Assembly (NCBI RefSeq): GCF_030028105.1
Contig: NC_092394.1
Span: 28,130,752 to 28,194,751 of the forward strand
Reading direction: 5' to 3'
Source: Mobula birostris
Taxonomy: Eukaryota
DNA: 64,000 bases
The notes under the pieces are model-generated. The model had not been told where the DNA came from. It saw only the letters and a list, made by a program, of their open reading frames with translations, and searched no databases. Position 1 is the stretch's first letter; every line of letters starts with the position of its first letter. This document shows, one piece after another, positions 1-12,033 of this stretch. The position numbers were made by a program, and so were the translations under genes.

Positions 1-787
1 TCTCAGGGTTGTATGTATATGGTCACATATAAGTACTTAGAACAAATAAAATATTTCATTTCTCTGCCACTTGCTTATTCTCTGAACTAATTTCTCCTAA
101 GCTTGCATTGCCCTTTAATAGTCTTTTCTTTATGTCACATTTAACAGTCTGTTCTTATGTTTCTTGCTTGTTTACTCCTGTAACCCACTTTCCTCTTTTC
201 ATTTCAATGCTTTGTCCTCCTTTGCTGAATTATGTAACTATTCCGAAATGTTACCCTTACTGATTTTTTGGCAATGTTTAAATCCTTTACTGTTAATTTA
301 ATCGCCATGACTGGGCGGTGCCTTTTTGCCTGAATAGGTTATATCACTTGTAAACAATGTATTAATTCTTTCAAAGTTAGCCTTTGCTTATTTACTGTCA
401 TATCTTGACATAACTTCCCAATCTACGATTGCTAATTCACACTTCATACCTTCTTAATTTGTTTCATTTAGATTGAACTAAAGCACTATCAATCCTTACA
501 TTAAAATGATATATTATGATCACTATTTCATAATTACCGAATCATCAATTAATCCTTCTCATTATACGATTATAGATCTTAAATAAACTTGTTGGCTCTT
601 TATCATACTGATCTAGGAAAGATTGGTTTTACATCTTCCACATCATTTTGCTTGTGGATTTGTTCAGTCTGCATGTACATTAACATCCCCTATTATTATT
701 CTGCTTTTCTTTTACATGCACCTCCAAATTTATCCTAATCTCTACATTACTCTTACAGTTTGGGGAATTGTATCTCACTTCATCCAA

Positions 788-892
788 GATTCTGTGCCTG
801 AAGAAAGGTGTCGTCCAGAAACGGGAACTGTGTACTCATTTCCATAGATGCTGCCTGAGCTGCCGAGTTCTTCCAGCATTTTGTGTGTGTAA
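788..892 (+). mobile_element. Degenerate PLE pseudo-LTR fragment
   Basis: ctgaaga...gaaac...ccatagatgctgcctgagctgccgagttcttccagcattttgtgtgt resembles the other PLE ends in the window. Confidence 0.65.
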
Positions 893-1409
893 TTCTGTCA
901 TTTGCTTTGTTGTGTCTCACATCCCCAAATTGATTCATCTACTTGACACTTGGAGTAATGATCCTTCCTCTCCACTACCTTTATCTGTTTCTTTTAAATC
1001 AGGACTGCCCCACCTACTCTTCCTATTGTATTTTAAAATATTCTGGAATATTTAATACCTAACTTCAGTCACTTTGTAACAACATCTCTCTCATAGTAGT
1101 TCAATTGATTGACTAACTAACAGAAACTGGTAAAAAAATTCATTTATCTCCAGGTAAATGTAAAATATTTTTAGAAGTGCAGATTATAGTAAAATTAAAT
1201 GAAATACAGAAAGCTTTGGGAACATTCAAGTTGGTGAAGCTGCTTCTGTGAAAGAGAAGCAGAATTAATCTTTCAGGTTGAAGGCCATTCAAAGCTGGAA
1301 AATGATAAATTAATTTAGTTTTAAGTTGCCGAGATTGGGATGGGTGGATAAGAGAAATGGAATTTTCCATAATAGGGTTAGGCCAGTGTTACTGTTTAAA
1401 GTTCAAAGT

Positions 1410-1900
1410 AATTTGGAGCATTATGAGCAGTTTTGGGACCCTTATCTAAGTAAAGATGCGCTGGCATTTGGAAGGGTCCAGAGGAGGTTCACGAGAATGA
1501 TTCTGGGAATGAAAGGGTTAACATACGAGGAGCATTTGATGGCTCTGTGCCTGTAATGCTGCAGTTTAGGAGAATGAGAGGATGGATCTCATTGAAACCT
1601 ATCAAATACTGAAAGACCTAGGTAGAGTGGATGTGGAGAGGATGTTTCCTCCATTGAGAACAGAGATGAGGAGGAATTTCTTTAGCCAGAGGGGAGTGAA
1701 TCTGTGGAATTCATTGCTGAAGATGGCTGTGGAGGCCAAGTCACTGGGAATATTTAAAGTGGAGATTGATAGGTTCGTGTTTAGTCAGGGTGTCAAAGGT
1801 TACATGGAGAAGGCAGGAGAATGAGGTTGGGAGGGATCATGGATCAACCATGATGGAATGGCAGAGCAGACTTGATGGGCTGAATGGCATAATTTATGGT
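1410..1900 (+). mobile_element. CR1 LINE 3' fragment (decayed)
   Basis: LEHYEQFWDP...RVQRRFTRMILGMKGLTYEE and RRNFFSQRGVNLWNSL, typical CR1 ORF2 C-terminus. Confidence 0.9.
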
Positions 1901-1904
1901 AAAT

Positions 1905-2899
1905 TTATTATCTAAGTATGTATACGTCCCCATATACTACCCTGAGATTTAGTATCCTGGAGTCACTCACAGTAGGTACAAACAAACACAATGGAATGGA
2001 TGAAAAACTACACACAAAGACAGATAAATAACCAATGTGCAAAAGACAGCAAAGTGAGCAAATACAAATAAATAAATAAATAAATAACACTGAGATCATG
2101 AGCTGTAGAGTCTTTGAAAGTAAATCCATTGGTTGTGGAATGAGTTCAGAATTGAGGTGAGTGAAGTTATCCATGCTGGTTTAGCGGCCTGATGGTTGAA
2201 CGGTAGTAACTGTTCCTCAGCTAGGTGGTCTCCACGGTGCACCTGTAGAAGTTTGTCAGAGTTTTAGATGACATGCTGAATCTGTGCAAACCTCTAAGAA
2301 AGCAGAGATGCTGCCATGCCTTCCTTGTGCTGGATCCAGGACAGATCCTCTGAAATTATAACGCCGAGGAATTCAAAGTTACTGACCCTCTCCACCTCTG
2401 ATCTTCTGATAAGGCTCATGGACCTCCAATTTACTCCTCCGGTACTCAATAATTATCTCTTTATTTTTGCTGGCATTGAGTGAGAGGTTGTTGTTGTGGC
2501 ACCATTCAACCAGATTTTCTATCTGCCTCCTATATGCTGATTCATCACCGCCTTTCATTCCACCAACAACAGAGGTGTTGTTAGCAAACACATTGGAGTT
2601 CTCCTTAGCCTCACAGTCAAAAGTATAAAGCGAGTAGATCAGGGGGCTAAAAACAGACAGTAGTTAAGCACACTCTTGCTGATAGAGGAGATATTGTTGC
2701 CAATCTGAACTGACTGGGGTCTGCATTGAGGAAATTGATGATCCAGTTGCACAAAGAGGTACTGAAGCCTAGGTTTTGGAACTTATTGATGAGTTTTGAG
2801 TGGTGATGATGTCGTGTGCAGAGCTATAGTCAATAAAGAGCATCCTGATGTATGCATTTTCACTGTCTAGATGTTTGAGGGCTGAGTGAAGAGCCAATG
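1905..2899 (-). mobile_element. Rex1-like non-LTR retrotransposon 3' portion (decayed)
   Basis: FANNTSVVG...DESAYRRQIENLVEWCHNNNLSLN (decayed FADD region) plus a 3'UTR shared with 62594-62950. Confidence 0.8.
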
Positions 2900-3112
2900 A
2901 ACGTGGTAACCTGCCTCAGTGACTGTCATCTAGTAGCACTTAGATTCACTGTGATGAAATGCTTTGAGAGGTTGGTCATGGAACATTGCAACTCCTGTCT
3001 GAGGAGTGACTTGGATTCTCTCCAGTTTGCCTTCGGTCACAACAGGTCAACAGCAGATGCAAATTCATTGACTGGTCACTCAGCCCTGGTACACCTGGAC
3101 AGTGAAGATGGT
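2900..3112 (+). mobile_element. Rex1-like RT fragment, inverted relative to the adjacent piece
   Basis: VTCLSD...VMKCFERLV...LQFAF...RSTADA...HLDSED. Confidence 0.8.
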
Positions 3113-4074
3113 TGTGCGAATCTGTGAGCTTGTAATGGATCAGGCTACCAGAGAAAGAGTTGAGGAAGGGGCATGAGGAGGATTGAGAAGTGGTGTCTTC
3201 CATTTATCCCAAAGTTTCAGCATGGTTCCATAAGAGTTTCATATAGAGGATCTCAGGTGAAGGTGAGATGTAATTCAACATGAAAATGAGTTGAACTAGT
3301 CAAGTGAGTGTGTTGATAGAAGTCAATGGGTTGGACACCTGTTGAATGAAGAAGCAGAAGGCCTCAGGTGTGGAGTTGTGGTGTAGAGAATCTCAGGGTT
3401 GTATATGACATCCATACTCTGATAATAAATGTACTTTGAACATTGAGATTATACATCCACCAACTCCCAAAGGGAAATACTGCATGGCAATATGAGAATA
3501 TTTATTTAATACAATGAACTAATTTTATCCTGGCAAATTTTACTCCCCAAACCTCACTGCTGGCTTTTAGGGCAGCAATGAAGATCCTCCATCTCTATCT
3601 GTATTCTTCATTGATGTTTCCGTAACAGATGTTTTTCAACCAGTCAGGCTTGTTAGCCCTGAACCCCCAAACCTGGAAGAACCGGTGGACCCCTCTTAGT
3701 CTGGTCTCTACCCATTGATCTGTTTGGCATGGGTAAACTTACCAAGAACCAAAGCACAAGGCCCTGACTCCAGCCAACACAGCTCTCCAGGCCACTGAGG
3801 CACTCAAGTCTCCAAAGCCTCCTAGAGTTGCACTCCATGGACTTACACAATATTGTGCTTTCAGTAGTGAGCACAGATTCCCGAGTAATAGCACAAATCA
3901 CCTGACTTCAATTGATCAGTTCTAGTTGATTACCCAGTTTATTTTCCACAAAGTCACTTTCTTTCAATCACTGCAATTTGAAAGCACAAATGGAGTGAAC
4001 TTAAGTGCAAAAATTAAATTAATCTGTCAAATTTAAAATGAAAATAGATCGCCCCCTTCATCAGTGAAACACAG

Positions 4075-4450
4075 AATCCATGAATCAGAATCATGTTTAA
4101 TATCATTGGCATATGTCAAGAAATGTGTTGTTTTGCAGAGGCGATACACTGCAAAACATAATAATAAATACTATAAATTACAATAAGAAGTACTGTGCAA
4201 AATATATATAGCAATAGGTCCTTAATGATCGATGGCACCTTTTTGAGGTATCACCTGTTGAAGGTGTCCTCGATGCTGGGCAGGCTAGTGCCCAGGATGG
4301 AGCTGGCTGATTTTACAACTTTCTGCCACTTTTTCCAATTCTGTGCTCTGACCCCTCTACAACAGACAGTGATGCAACCAGTTAGAATGCTCTCCACAGT
4401 ACATCTGTAGAAACTTGCAAGTATTATTGGTGACTTTGCTCTGCCGAACA
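4075..4450 (-). mobile_element. Rex1-like 3' fragment
   Basis: LASFYRCTVESILTGCITV...VVKSASSILGTSLPSIED; (aatcag)n-like tail. Confidence 0.75.
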
Positions 4451-4469
4451 TGTACTTATTTTACAAATT

Positions 4470-6285
4470 ACCTCAGGTTACCCATAGCCCTCTATTTTTC
4501 TAAGCTCCATGTACCTATCTAGGCGTCTCTTAAAAGACCCTATTGTATCTACCTCCACCACCGTCACCAGCAGCCTATTCCACCCACTCACCACTCTCCG
4601 CGTAAAAAACATCTCCTACTTGCAAGCACCTTAAAACTGTGCCCTCTCAAAGCTGATCCTCTTTTCCCCTTTTCAGCTCCACTCCACGGCCTTCTCCCTA
4701 TAACCTTGATGCCCTGACCAATCAAGAACCTATCAATCTCCGCCTTAAATACACCCAACGACCCGGCCTCCACAGCTGCCTGTGGTAACAAATACCACAA
4801 ATTCACCGCCCTTTGGCTAAAGAAATTTCCCTGCATCTCTGTTTTAAATGGATGCTCCTCTATCCCAAGGCTGTGTCCTCTTGTCCTAGACTCCCCCACC
4901 ATGGGAAACATCCTTTCCACATCTACTCTGTCTAAGCCTTTCAACATTCAAAAGGTTTCAATGAGATCTCCCCTCATCCTTCTAAATTCCAGTGAGTACA
5001 GACCCAGAGTCATCAAATATTCCTCATATGGTAACACTTTTATTCCCAGAATCATGCTTGTGAACCTCCTCTGAACCCTCTCCAATACTAGCACACCGTT
5101 TCTTTGATGAGGAACCCAGAACTGTTCACAATATTCAAGGTGAGGCCTCACCAGTGCCTTGTAAAGACTCAGCATCACATCCCTGCTCTTGTATTCGAGA
5201 CCACCTGAAATGGATGCTAACATTGTATTTACCTTCCTTACCATCAACTCAACCGCAAATTAACCTTTAGGCTGTTCTGCACAAGGATTCCCAAGTCCCT
5301 TTGCATCTCAGATTTTTGGATTTTCTCCCCTTTTAGCAAATAGTCTGCACAATTATTTCCTTTACCAAAGTACACGATAATGAATTTTCCTACATTGTAT
5401 TTCATTTGCCACTTTCTTGCCCATTCTCCTAATCTGTCTAAGTCCTTCTGCAGCCTTCATGTTTCCTCAACATTACCTGCAGCTGTACCAATCTTCGTAT
5501 CATCTGCAAACTCGTCAACAAAGCCATCTATCCCATCATCTAAATCACTGATATAAAGCATAAAAAGAAATGGTTCCAACACTGACCCCTGCGGAACACC
5601 ACTAGTCACTGGCAGCCAACCAGAAAAGGATCCTTTTATTCCCTCTTGCTGCTTCCTACCAATCAGTCATTGCCAGCAACTTTTCTGTAATACCATGGGC
5701 TCTTAACTTGGTAAGCAGCCTATGTATGGCACTTTAGCAAAGGCCTTCTGAAAATCCAAATACACAACATCTACCGCATTCACCTTATCTATCCTACTTG
5801 TAATCTTCCCAAAGAATACCAACAGATTTGTCAGGCAAGTTTTTCCCTTAAGGAAACCATGCTCACTTTGTCCTATCTTGTCCTGTGTCTCCAAGTACTC
5901 CACAACCTCATTCTTAACCATTGACTCTAACATCTTTCCAACTACTGAGGTCAGGCTAACTGGTCTATAATTTCCTTTCTGTTGCCTCCCTCCTTTCTTC
6001 CAGAGTGGAGTGACATTTGCAAATTTCCAGTCCTCTGCCACCATGCCAGAGTTCAATGATTCTTGAAAGATCATTACTAATGCCTCCACAATCTCTGCGA
6101 CTACCTCTTTCAGAACCCTAGGGTGCAGTTCATCGGGTCCCGGTTACTTAATGCACCCTTAGGTCTTTCAGTTTTTTGAGCACATTCTCCCTTGTAATAG
6201 TTACTGCACTCACTTCTCTTCCCTCACACCCTTCAACGCCTGGATACTGCTAGTGTCTTCCACAGTGAAGACTGATGCAAAACGT
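4470..6285 (-). mobile_element. CR1 LINE ORF2 RT region to 3' end (frameshifted)
   Basis: WKFANVTPLWKKG...GNYRPVSLTSVVGK...VDVVYLDFQKAF; LYKALVRPHLEYC; NFFSQRAVNLW. Confidence 0.95.
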
Positions 6286-6405
6286 GTAGACCTTCATTTT
6301 GAAAAACTGGTCATTCAAATTGTTCCAAAGTGACTGATCCAGAAATTGAACGACAGTACTGTTTGTGATTCTTGTAAATCTTTAGCAAAAGTTACTATCT
6401 GTAGT

Positions 6406-6479
6406 AGGCACCGCTGAGATTCGAACTCAGGATCTCCTGTTTACTAGACAGGCGCTTTAACCAACTAAGCCACGGCGCC
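6406..6479 (-). tRNA. tRNA-Thr(AGT)
   Basis: 74-nt cloverleaf GGCGCCGTGGCTTAGTTGGTTAAAGCGCCTGTCT-AGT-AAACAGGAGATCCTGAGTTCGAATCTCAGCGGTGCCT; A/B boxes; T4 terminator at 6387-6390. Confidence 0.97.
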
Positions 6480-7172
6480 AGATGATTTAGCGTTTTAAAT
6501 AAATGCTACAGAACATACGCAACCTGTCGGTTTCTAATATTATTTCAATGTTTTATTATTTGCACATATTTCCCCGTTATTCTAGTGTTATCGTACACTA
6601 ACATTCTCACTTCCGAGGAGTCCCGAAATATTTCTTCTTTTCGGCAAATTATTTCCACCCGAAGCTTTGCAAATTTTTGTGCAAGTTTTGCGCCAGTGTG
6701 CAGGGAGGGTTGCGTGTTTTGCACAGCACAACTAAAAGGTAAAGGGTTAAAGAATAACTGGGATTTGCTGTCTACCGACTGTTCACTGGCTGAGTTTTTA
6801 TCCAAGGGCACAGCATCTGACATCATCGGCCAAAGAACAAGAAGTTGTTTCGCCTTTTTGCATTTGCGACAAATGATTATTCAACTGCTCTTTCTAACCT
6901 GTCTCCGGATTCAAACAGGGAGCAGATGTAGCTTCTGCCTGCCTTAATGAGTTCCTCCAGCATTTTGTGTACACTGGTCAAGATTTTCAGATCTACAGAA
7001 TCTCTTCTGCCTCTTAGCAATAATTCGTTTACTCTGAGTTATTCATTTCTATCTGCGGAGTTATTTACGAATTTTGCAAGATTTCATGATCAAATTTACT
7101 TTCTTGTATTCATTCAGCAGTAAGCGACCAACGAGCGGACAGTGCGATAATTAAATTAAAATGCTAGAAAGA

Positions 7173-7246
7173 AGGCACCGCTGAGATTCGAACTCAGGAT
7201 CTCCTGTTTACTAGACAGGCGCTTTAACCAACTAAGCCACGGCGCC
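7173..7246 (-). tRNA. tRNA-Thr(AGT)
   Basis: Identical 74-nt copy; T4 at 7158-7161. Confidence 0.97.
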
Positions 7247-7539
7247 GGTTGACAGAAATTTTTGAATAATCCAAGTGCAGGATAAACGTGTCACTTTTAA
7301 CTAAAGCTATAGTAATATCTTTATATGCAGAAATCGATTTCTTGGATATAAAAGTTACTCATTCCTCTTTTACAGGAATAAGAATGAGGTGCATAGTAAC
7401 ATAATACGTTGCCTTCAGTTTAATTCAGATGCGGAGGAACATGACTCTGATTACATTTCAAAAAAATAATGTAATATTAAGGAATAAAATGACAAATATA
7501 GTATATTCTTAATTGATCATTTAAAGCTTCGTACTAACT

Positions 7540-7613
7540 GGCGCCGTGGCTTAGTTGGTTAAAGCGCCTGTCTAGTAAACAGGAGATCCTGAGTTCGAAT
7601 CTCAGCGGTGCCT
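7540..7613 (+). tRNA. tRNA-Thr(AGT)
   Basis: Identical 74-nt copy, divergent from the 7173 copy; T4 at 7620-7623. Confidence 0.97.
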
Positions 7614-8375
7614 TCTTTATTTTCATTACTATTCTAACGTCGGATATGCTTCCTGAAATTCATATTGGTCAAGGCGTTTGGGGAGGTTTTAATTTGATCA
7701 AATATCACCTATTGTATGTATTTAAATGTATTTCATGAAAAATGAAGATCAGATCCAATTGATGTGTTAAAAAGAGGAATTACTATGGAGATAGAGCTTT
7801 ACCTGAATACATAAAACACTTTCTCTGATAAATTCAGAAATCTCCAATGTGGCTCACCAGCGGATATTTGCTGCACTCCTTCCCACCTTACCGGTGGTCC
7901 AGTTCTCGTAACCCCTTTCCACTCACCAGTATCCCCACTCTCATGCTCCCATCCCATCCACCGGGGCCCTAATTCCCACAGTCCATGGACACAACAGATT
8001 CCATCTGTCACGCTTCCTTGAAATTTACCCAGTTTCGTTCCCAAACTCTCCTCCAGTTTGATGCGAAGTTTATTCCCGTACTTCCCCTAAACCTCGTGAG
8101 TTCACGAGAACATTTGTCATTCTGCTGCGCAGCATCTGAAGACAGAGAAAAACCCCGTGTCAAAAAGTCAAAGCCGAGTTTATTGTCAGTTGCACAAGTT
8201 CGTGTATGCACAGGTGCAATGAAAACCCGACTTGCTGCAGGATCAAAGCCACGAAGCTTTTTAGAGAAGCAACATTCACATGTAAAACATAAATTATACA
8301 CAATTTCTAGAAGAAACAGCACAATTTGAACAAAAAAAAACTTCCATTGTAGTTCCAAGTGGCCATAGTGGTCAT

Positions 8376-8897
8376 AGACACAAGAAAATCTGCAGATGCT
8401 GGAAATCCAAGTAATTACACACAAAATTCTGGAGGATCTCAGCAGGTCAGGCAGCAAAGAGTAAACAGTCGACGTTTCAGGCCGACGAGAGAAAAAGACA
8501 GGAAGTCAGAGTAAGAAGGTGTAGGCCAGGGACGGGAGGAAGAAGTACACGGGTAGCAGGTGAAATCGGGAGAGGAGGAGGGTGAAGTTAAGAGGTGAAA
8601 TGTTGATTGGTGAAAGAGATAAAGGTCTGGAGAAGGGGGAATAGGAGAGGGTAAAATCCATGGAAAAAAAGGGAAGGGGAGGAGCACCAGAAGGAGATGA
8701 TGGGCAGATAAGGCGAGAGAGGGAAATGGGAATAGGGAACAGTGAAGGAGAAGTGAGGAGGGGGCCAATACCTGGAAGTTTGAGAAATCGATATTCACAC
8801 CATCAGGTTGGAGGCTACCCATAAGGTGTTACTCCTCCAACTGGAGTGTGGCCTCACCACGGCAGTAGAGGAGATGATGGATTGATAATGTCGGAAT
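8376..8897 (-). mobile_element. Penelope-like element 3' end (GIY-YIG C-terminus plus pseudo-LTR)
   Basis: GSLQPDGVNIDFSNF; pLTR with decayed hammerhead near 8467-8490 and a tail. Confidence 0.85.
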
Positions 8898-9396
8898 GGT
8901 GAACAAACTCCTCGCTGCAACCTCAGATAGTCAGGATGCATTGCCGCTTCTTCCTCCCCATCATTCTCAACACGGGTGTCTCCCAGGGCCATGTACTGAG
9001 CCCACTGCTGTACACTGTGCTCACATGTTCAAACACCCGAGTAATCACATTGCCAAGTTCGCAGACGATACGACAGATGATGACTCATCACCGACAGTGA
9101 TGAGATGCCCTAGAGAGAGGAGGCAGAAGAGCTCTGGTGCCAAGCAAATGCCCTCTTCCTTAATGTCAACAAGGCGAAGGAGATGGTTATCGACTTCAGG
9201 AGGACTCACACCACACACACCCTCCCCCCTTTACATTGACAGCACAGCAGTGGAAACAGCAAGCGGTTTCAAACACCTGGGAGTGCACATCTCACACAAC
9301 TTCTCCTGGTCCCAGAACACATCCTACAAAGTTCACCAATACCTCTACTTTCTGAGGAGCCTGAAAACAGCTGAACCATGCACATCCATACTCATG

Positions 9397-9629
9397 CAAC
9401 ACACATCAAAGTTGCTGGTAAACGCAGCAGGCCAGACAGCAGCTATAGGAAGAGGTACAGTCGACGTTTCAGGCCAAGACCCTTCGTCAGGACTAACTGA
9501 AAGAAGAGCTAGTAAGAGATTTGAAAGTGGGAGGGGGAGGGGGAGATCCAAAATGATAGGAGAAGACAGGAGGGGGAGGGATGGAGCCAAGAGCTGGACA
9601 GGTGATTGGCAAAACGGATATGAGAGGAT
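9397..9629 (-). mobile_element. PLE pseudo-LTR insertion with 10-bp TSD
   Basis: TSD CATACTCATG at 9387-9396 and 9630-9639; near-identical to the reverse complement of ~61770-62001. Confidence 0.9.
9459..9494 (-). ncRNA. Minimal type I hammerhead ribozyme motif
   Basis: Minus strand AGTC-CTGACGA-A-GGG(TCTTGG)CCT-GAAAC-GTC-GACT. Confidence 0.75.
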
Positions 9630-10084
9630 CATACTCATGACCTTTTACAAATGCACTTTATAGACGCACAAATCAATCTCTGTATATAAGTGCTATCTTA
9701 CGTGGTTATATTTATTATATATTACTATTACTGTATTCTTTATCTTTTGTGTGTGTTTTTGTGTGCTACATCAGATCCAGAGTAACAATTATTTTGTTCT
9801 CCTATGCACTTGCATACAGGAAATAAGATTAAACAATTTTGAATCTTGAACTAGGAGCAGGAGTAGGCCATTCAGCCTAATGTGTCTGTTCAATCACTTA
9901 TTAAAGAGTTTTGTTTCACCTCAGTGCCAGTGTTTCTTTTGTCTCTTGAATACAGCCAGTGACAACTCCCTTGGGTAGAGTGAATTGCAAAATTTACTGT
10001 CTTCTTTGCTTCTCTGTCTTTCAAAGACAACTGCCAATTTTTAGACTGACCCCCCAGTCAGTAAAAACATCAGCTCTGCAACTA

Positions 10085-10149
10085 CAGTACTGTGCAAAGG
10101 TCTTAGGCATCTAAATAGCTAGTGCGGCTAAGACTTTTGTACAGAACCG
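10085..10149. mobile_element. Tc1/mariner-type MITE
   Basis: TA-flanked TIRs CAGTACTGTGCAAAGGTCTTAG / CTAAGACTTTTGTACAGAACCG. Confidence 0.7.
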
Positions 10150-10567
10150 TAGTAATTCTATGCATTGTTCTGTATTGCTGCCACAAAACAAAAACAAATT
10201 TCATGACATATGTGAGTGATGATAAACCTGATTCTGATATCGTGGGCTGAGAGTGAGAAGGGAACAGGGCAAGGGGAATCATGATTGGGAAAAGGGGAAG
10301 GGAGAGAGGGGGGAGCAGGAAGCACTAGAAAGATCTTCTGTAATAATCAAGAAACAATTTGTTTGGAATCAAATGACCTTGCCTGGTGTCTCAGCACTGG
10401 GTTTGTCTGCACCTGCGCCATCCCCACCCCGCTCCCCACCCACCTCTGGCACTCCTTTTCTGCCACCTGTCCCACACCTCACCCGCGATGCTCTACCCTC
10501 TGCATTCCTAACATGTTCTGCTCCTGTGAGATTTACAAATTCACTCTCTGCTCCACATTGACAAATA

Positions 10568-10598
10568 CAGCACTATGCAAAAGTCTTAGGCACTTTAG

Positions 10599-10673
<75 letters not shown>

Positions 10674-10704
10674 CATGCGCACCAAAGATTTTTGCACAGT
10701 ACTA
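10568..10704. mobile_element. Tc1/mariner-type MITE containing a (TG)n tract
   Basis: Same TIR family, TA-flanked. Confidence 0.7.
10602..10670. repeat. (TG)n microsatellite, about 34 units
   Basis: Perfect TG run. Confidence 0.99.
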
Positions 10705-10737
10705 TACACTATAAAACCTGATAAGCATTTTCTGATA

Positions 10738-11288
10738 ATTCCATGTCCCATTCCCATTCTGACATGTCTATCCACGGCCTCCTCTACTGTCAAGATGAAG
10801 CCACACTCAGGTTGGAGGAACAGCACCTTATATTCCATCTGGGTAGCCTCCAACCTGATGGCATGAACATTGACTTTAACTTCCGTTAATGCCCCACCCC
10901 ACCTCGTACCCCATCCGTTATTTATTTATCTTTTATTATTATGTATTTTTTTCTCTCTCTCCTTTTTCTCCCTCTGTCCTCACTATACTCCTTGCCCATC
11001 CTCTGGGCTTCCCCCGTCCCCCCTTTCTTTCTCCCTAGGCCTCCTGTCCCATGATCCTCTCATATCCCTTTTGTCAATCAACTGCCCAGCTCTTGGCTCC
11101 ATCCCTCCCCCTCCTGTCTTCTCCTACCATTTCAGATCTCCCCCTCCCCCTCCCACTTTCAATTCTCTTACTAGCTCTTCTTTCAGTTAGTCCTGATGAA
11201 GGGTCTCGGTCCAAAACATCGACTGTACCTCTTCCTATAGATGCTGCCTGGCCTGCTGCGTTCACCAGCAATTTTTATGTTTGTTGCT
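10738..11288 (+). mobile_element. Penelope-like element 3' end
   Basis: Paralogue of 61456-62001; GIY-YIG C-terminus; hammerhead at 11189-11224 inactivated (GAAAC to AAAAC). Confidence 0.9.
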
Positions 11289-12033
11289 AAGCATCCTGTA
11301 TTATGTTTCAAAATAATCCCTTCTGACTTCTCTAAACCTGTTTATTTAAACGCTCCTCATGCAACAAGCCCACCATCCCAGGAATCAATTACATATGAAG
11401 GAATAAATTTACAGGAAAGCATTCAATTACAGGAAGGAAGGATGCCATTTGACCAACCAAATCCATTTTGGCTCAGTTCATGAACAGTGCCGCGTGTCCC
11501 ACTCAATACTCTAGCCACAAAGGTGTGCAAGTTCTGTCAAGTACTTAACTGATTCTCTTTTGCTTGCTATTCCCATTGATTCCACACCAAACCTCAACGT
11601 CAGCAATGAACAGCACTTTCTAACCACTCAGTGCTAAAGAATGTTACCTACATTACTCTGCGTTGTTTCCCAAATATTTCATTTTACATTCCCTTGGCCC
11701 TTGCTCCTTAGACCATAAGACCTGAGGATGTAAGGAGCAGAATTTGAATTCGGCCATTCATCTTGTCAAGTTTACTCCATCATTCAATGATGATTGATTT
11801 ATTTTACCTCTCAAACCCATTTTCCTGTCTTCTTATTGTAACCTTAGATGCCCTTGCTAATCAGGAACCTATTGAACTCCACTTTAAATTACACATTGAC
11901 TTGGCCCCCACAGCCTCCTCTGGCAATGAATTCCACAGATTCAGCACCCTCTGGCTAAAGAAATTCCTCTTCATCTTTATTCTGAAGGGACGTTCTTCTG
12001 TTCTGAGCCTGTGCCCTCCAGTCTTAGACTCCC

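Larger units (their letters stand above)
8900..9850 (+). mobile_element. Rex1-like RT fragment interrupted by a PLE insertion
   Basis: NHIAKFADDTT; VETASGFKHLGVHISHNFSWS; (aatcttg)n tail. Confidence 0.8.

Noticed and set aside
8896-9663. Longest ORF in the track (255 aa)
   Set aside because: Chance read-through of a frameshifted Rex1-like RT fragment and an antisense PLE insertion; not a gene
10285-10866. ORFs with CVCVCV / HTHTHT runs
   Set aside because: Translation of the (TG)n microsatellite
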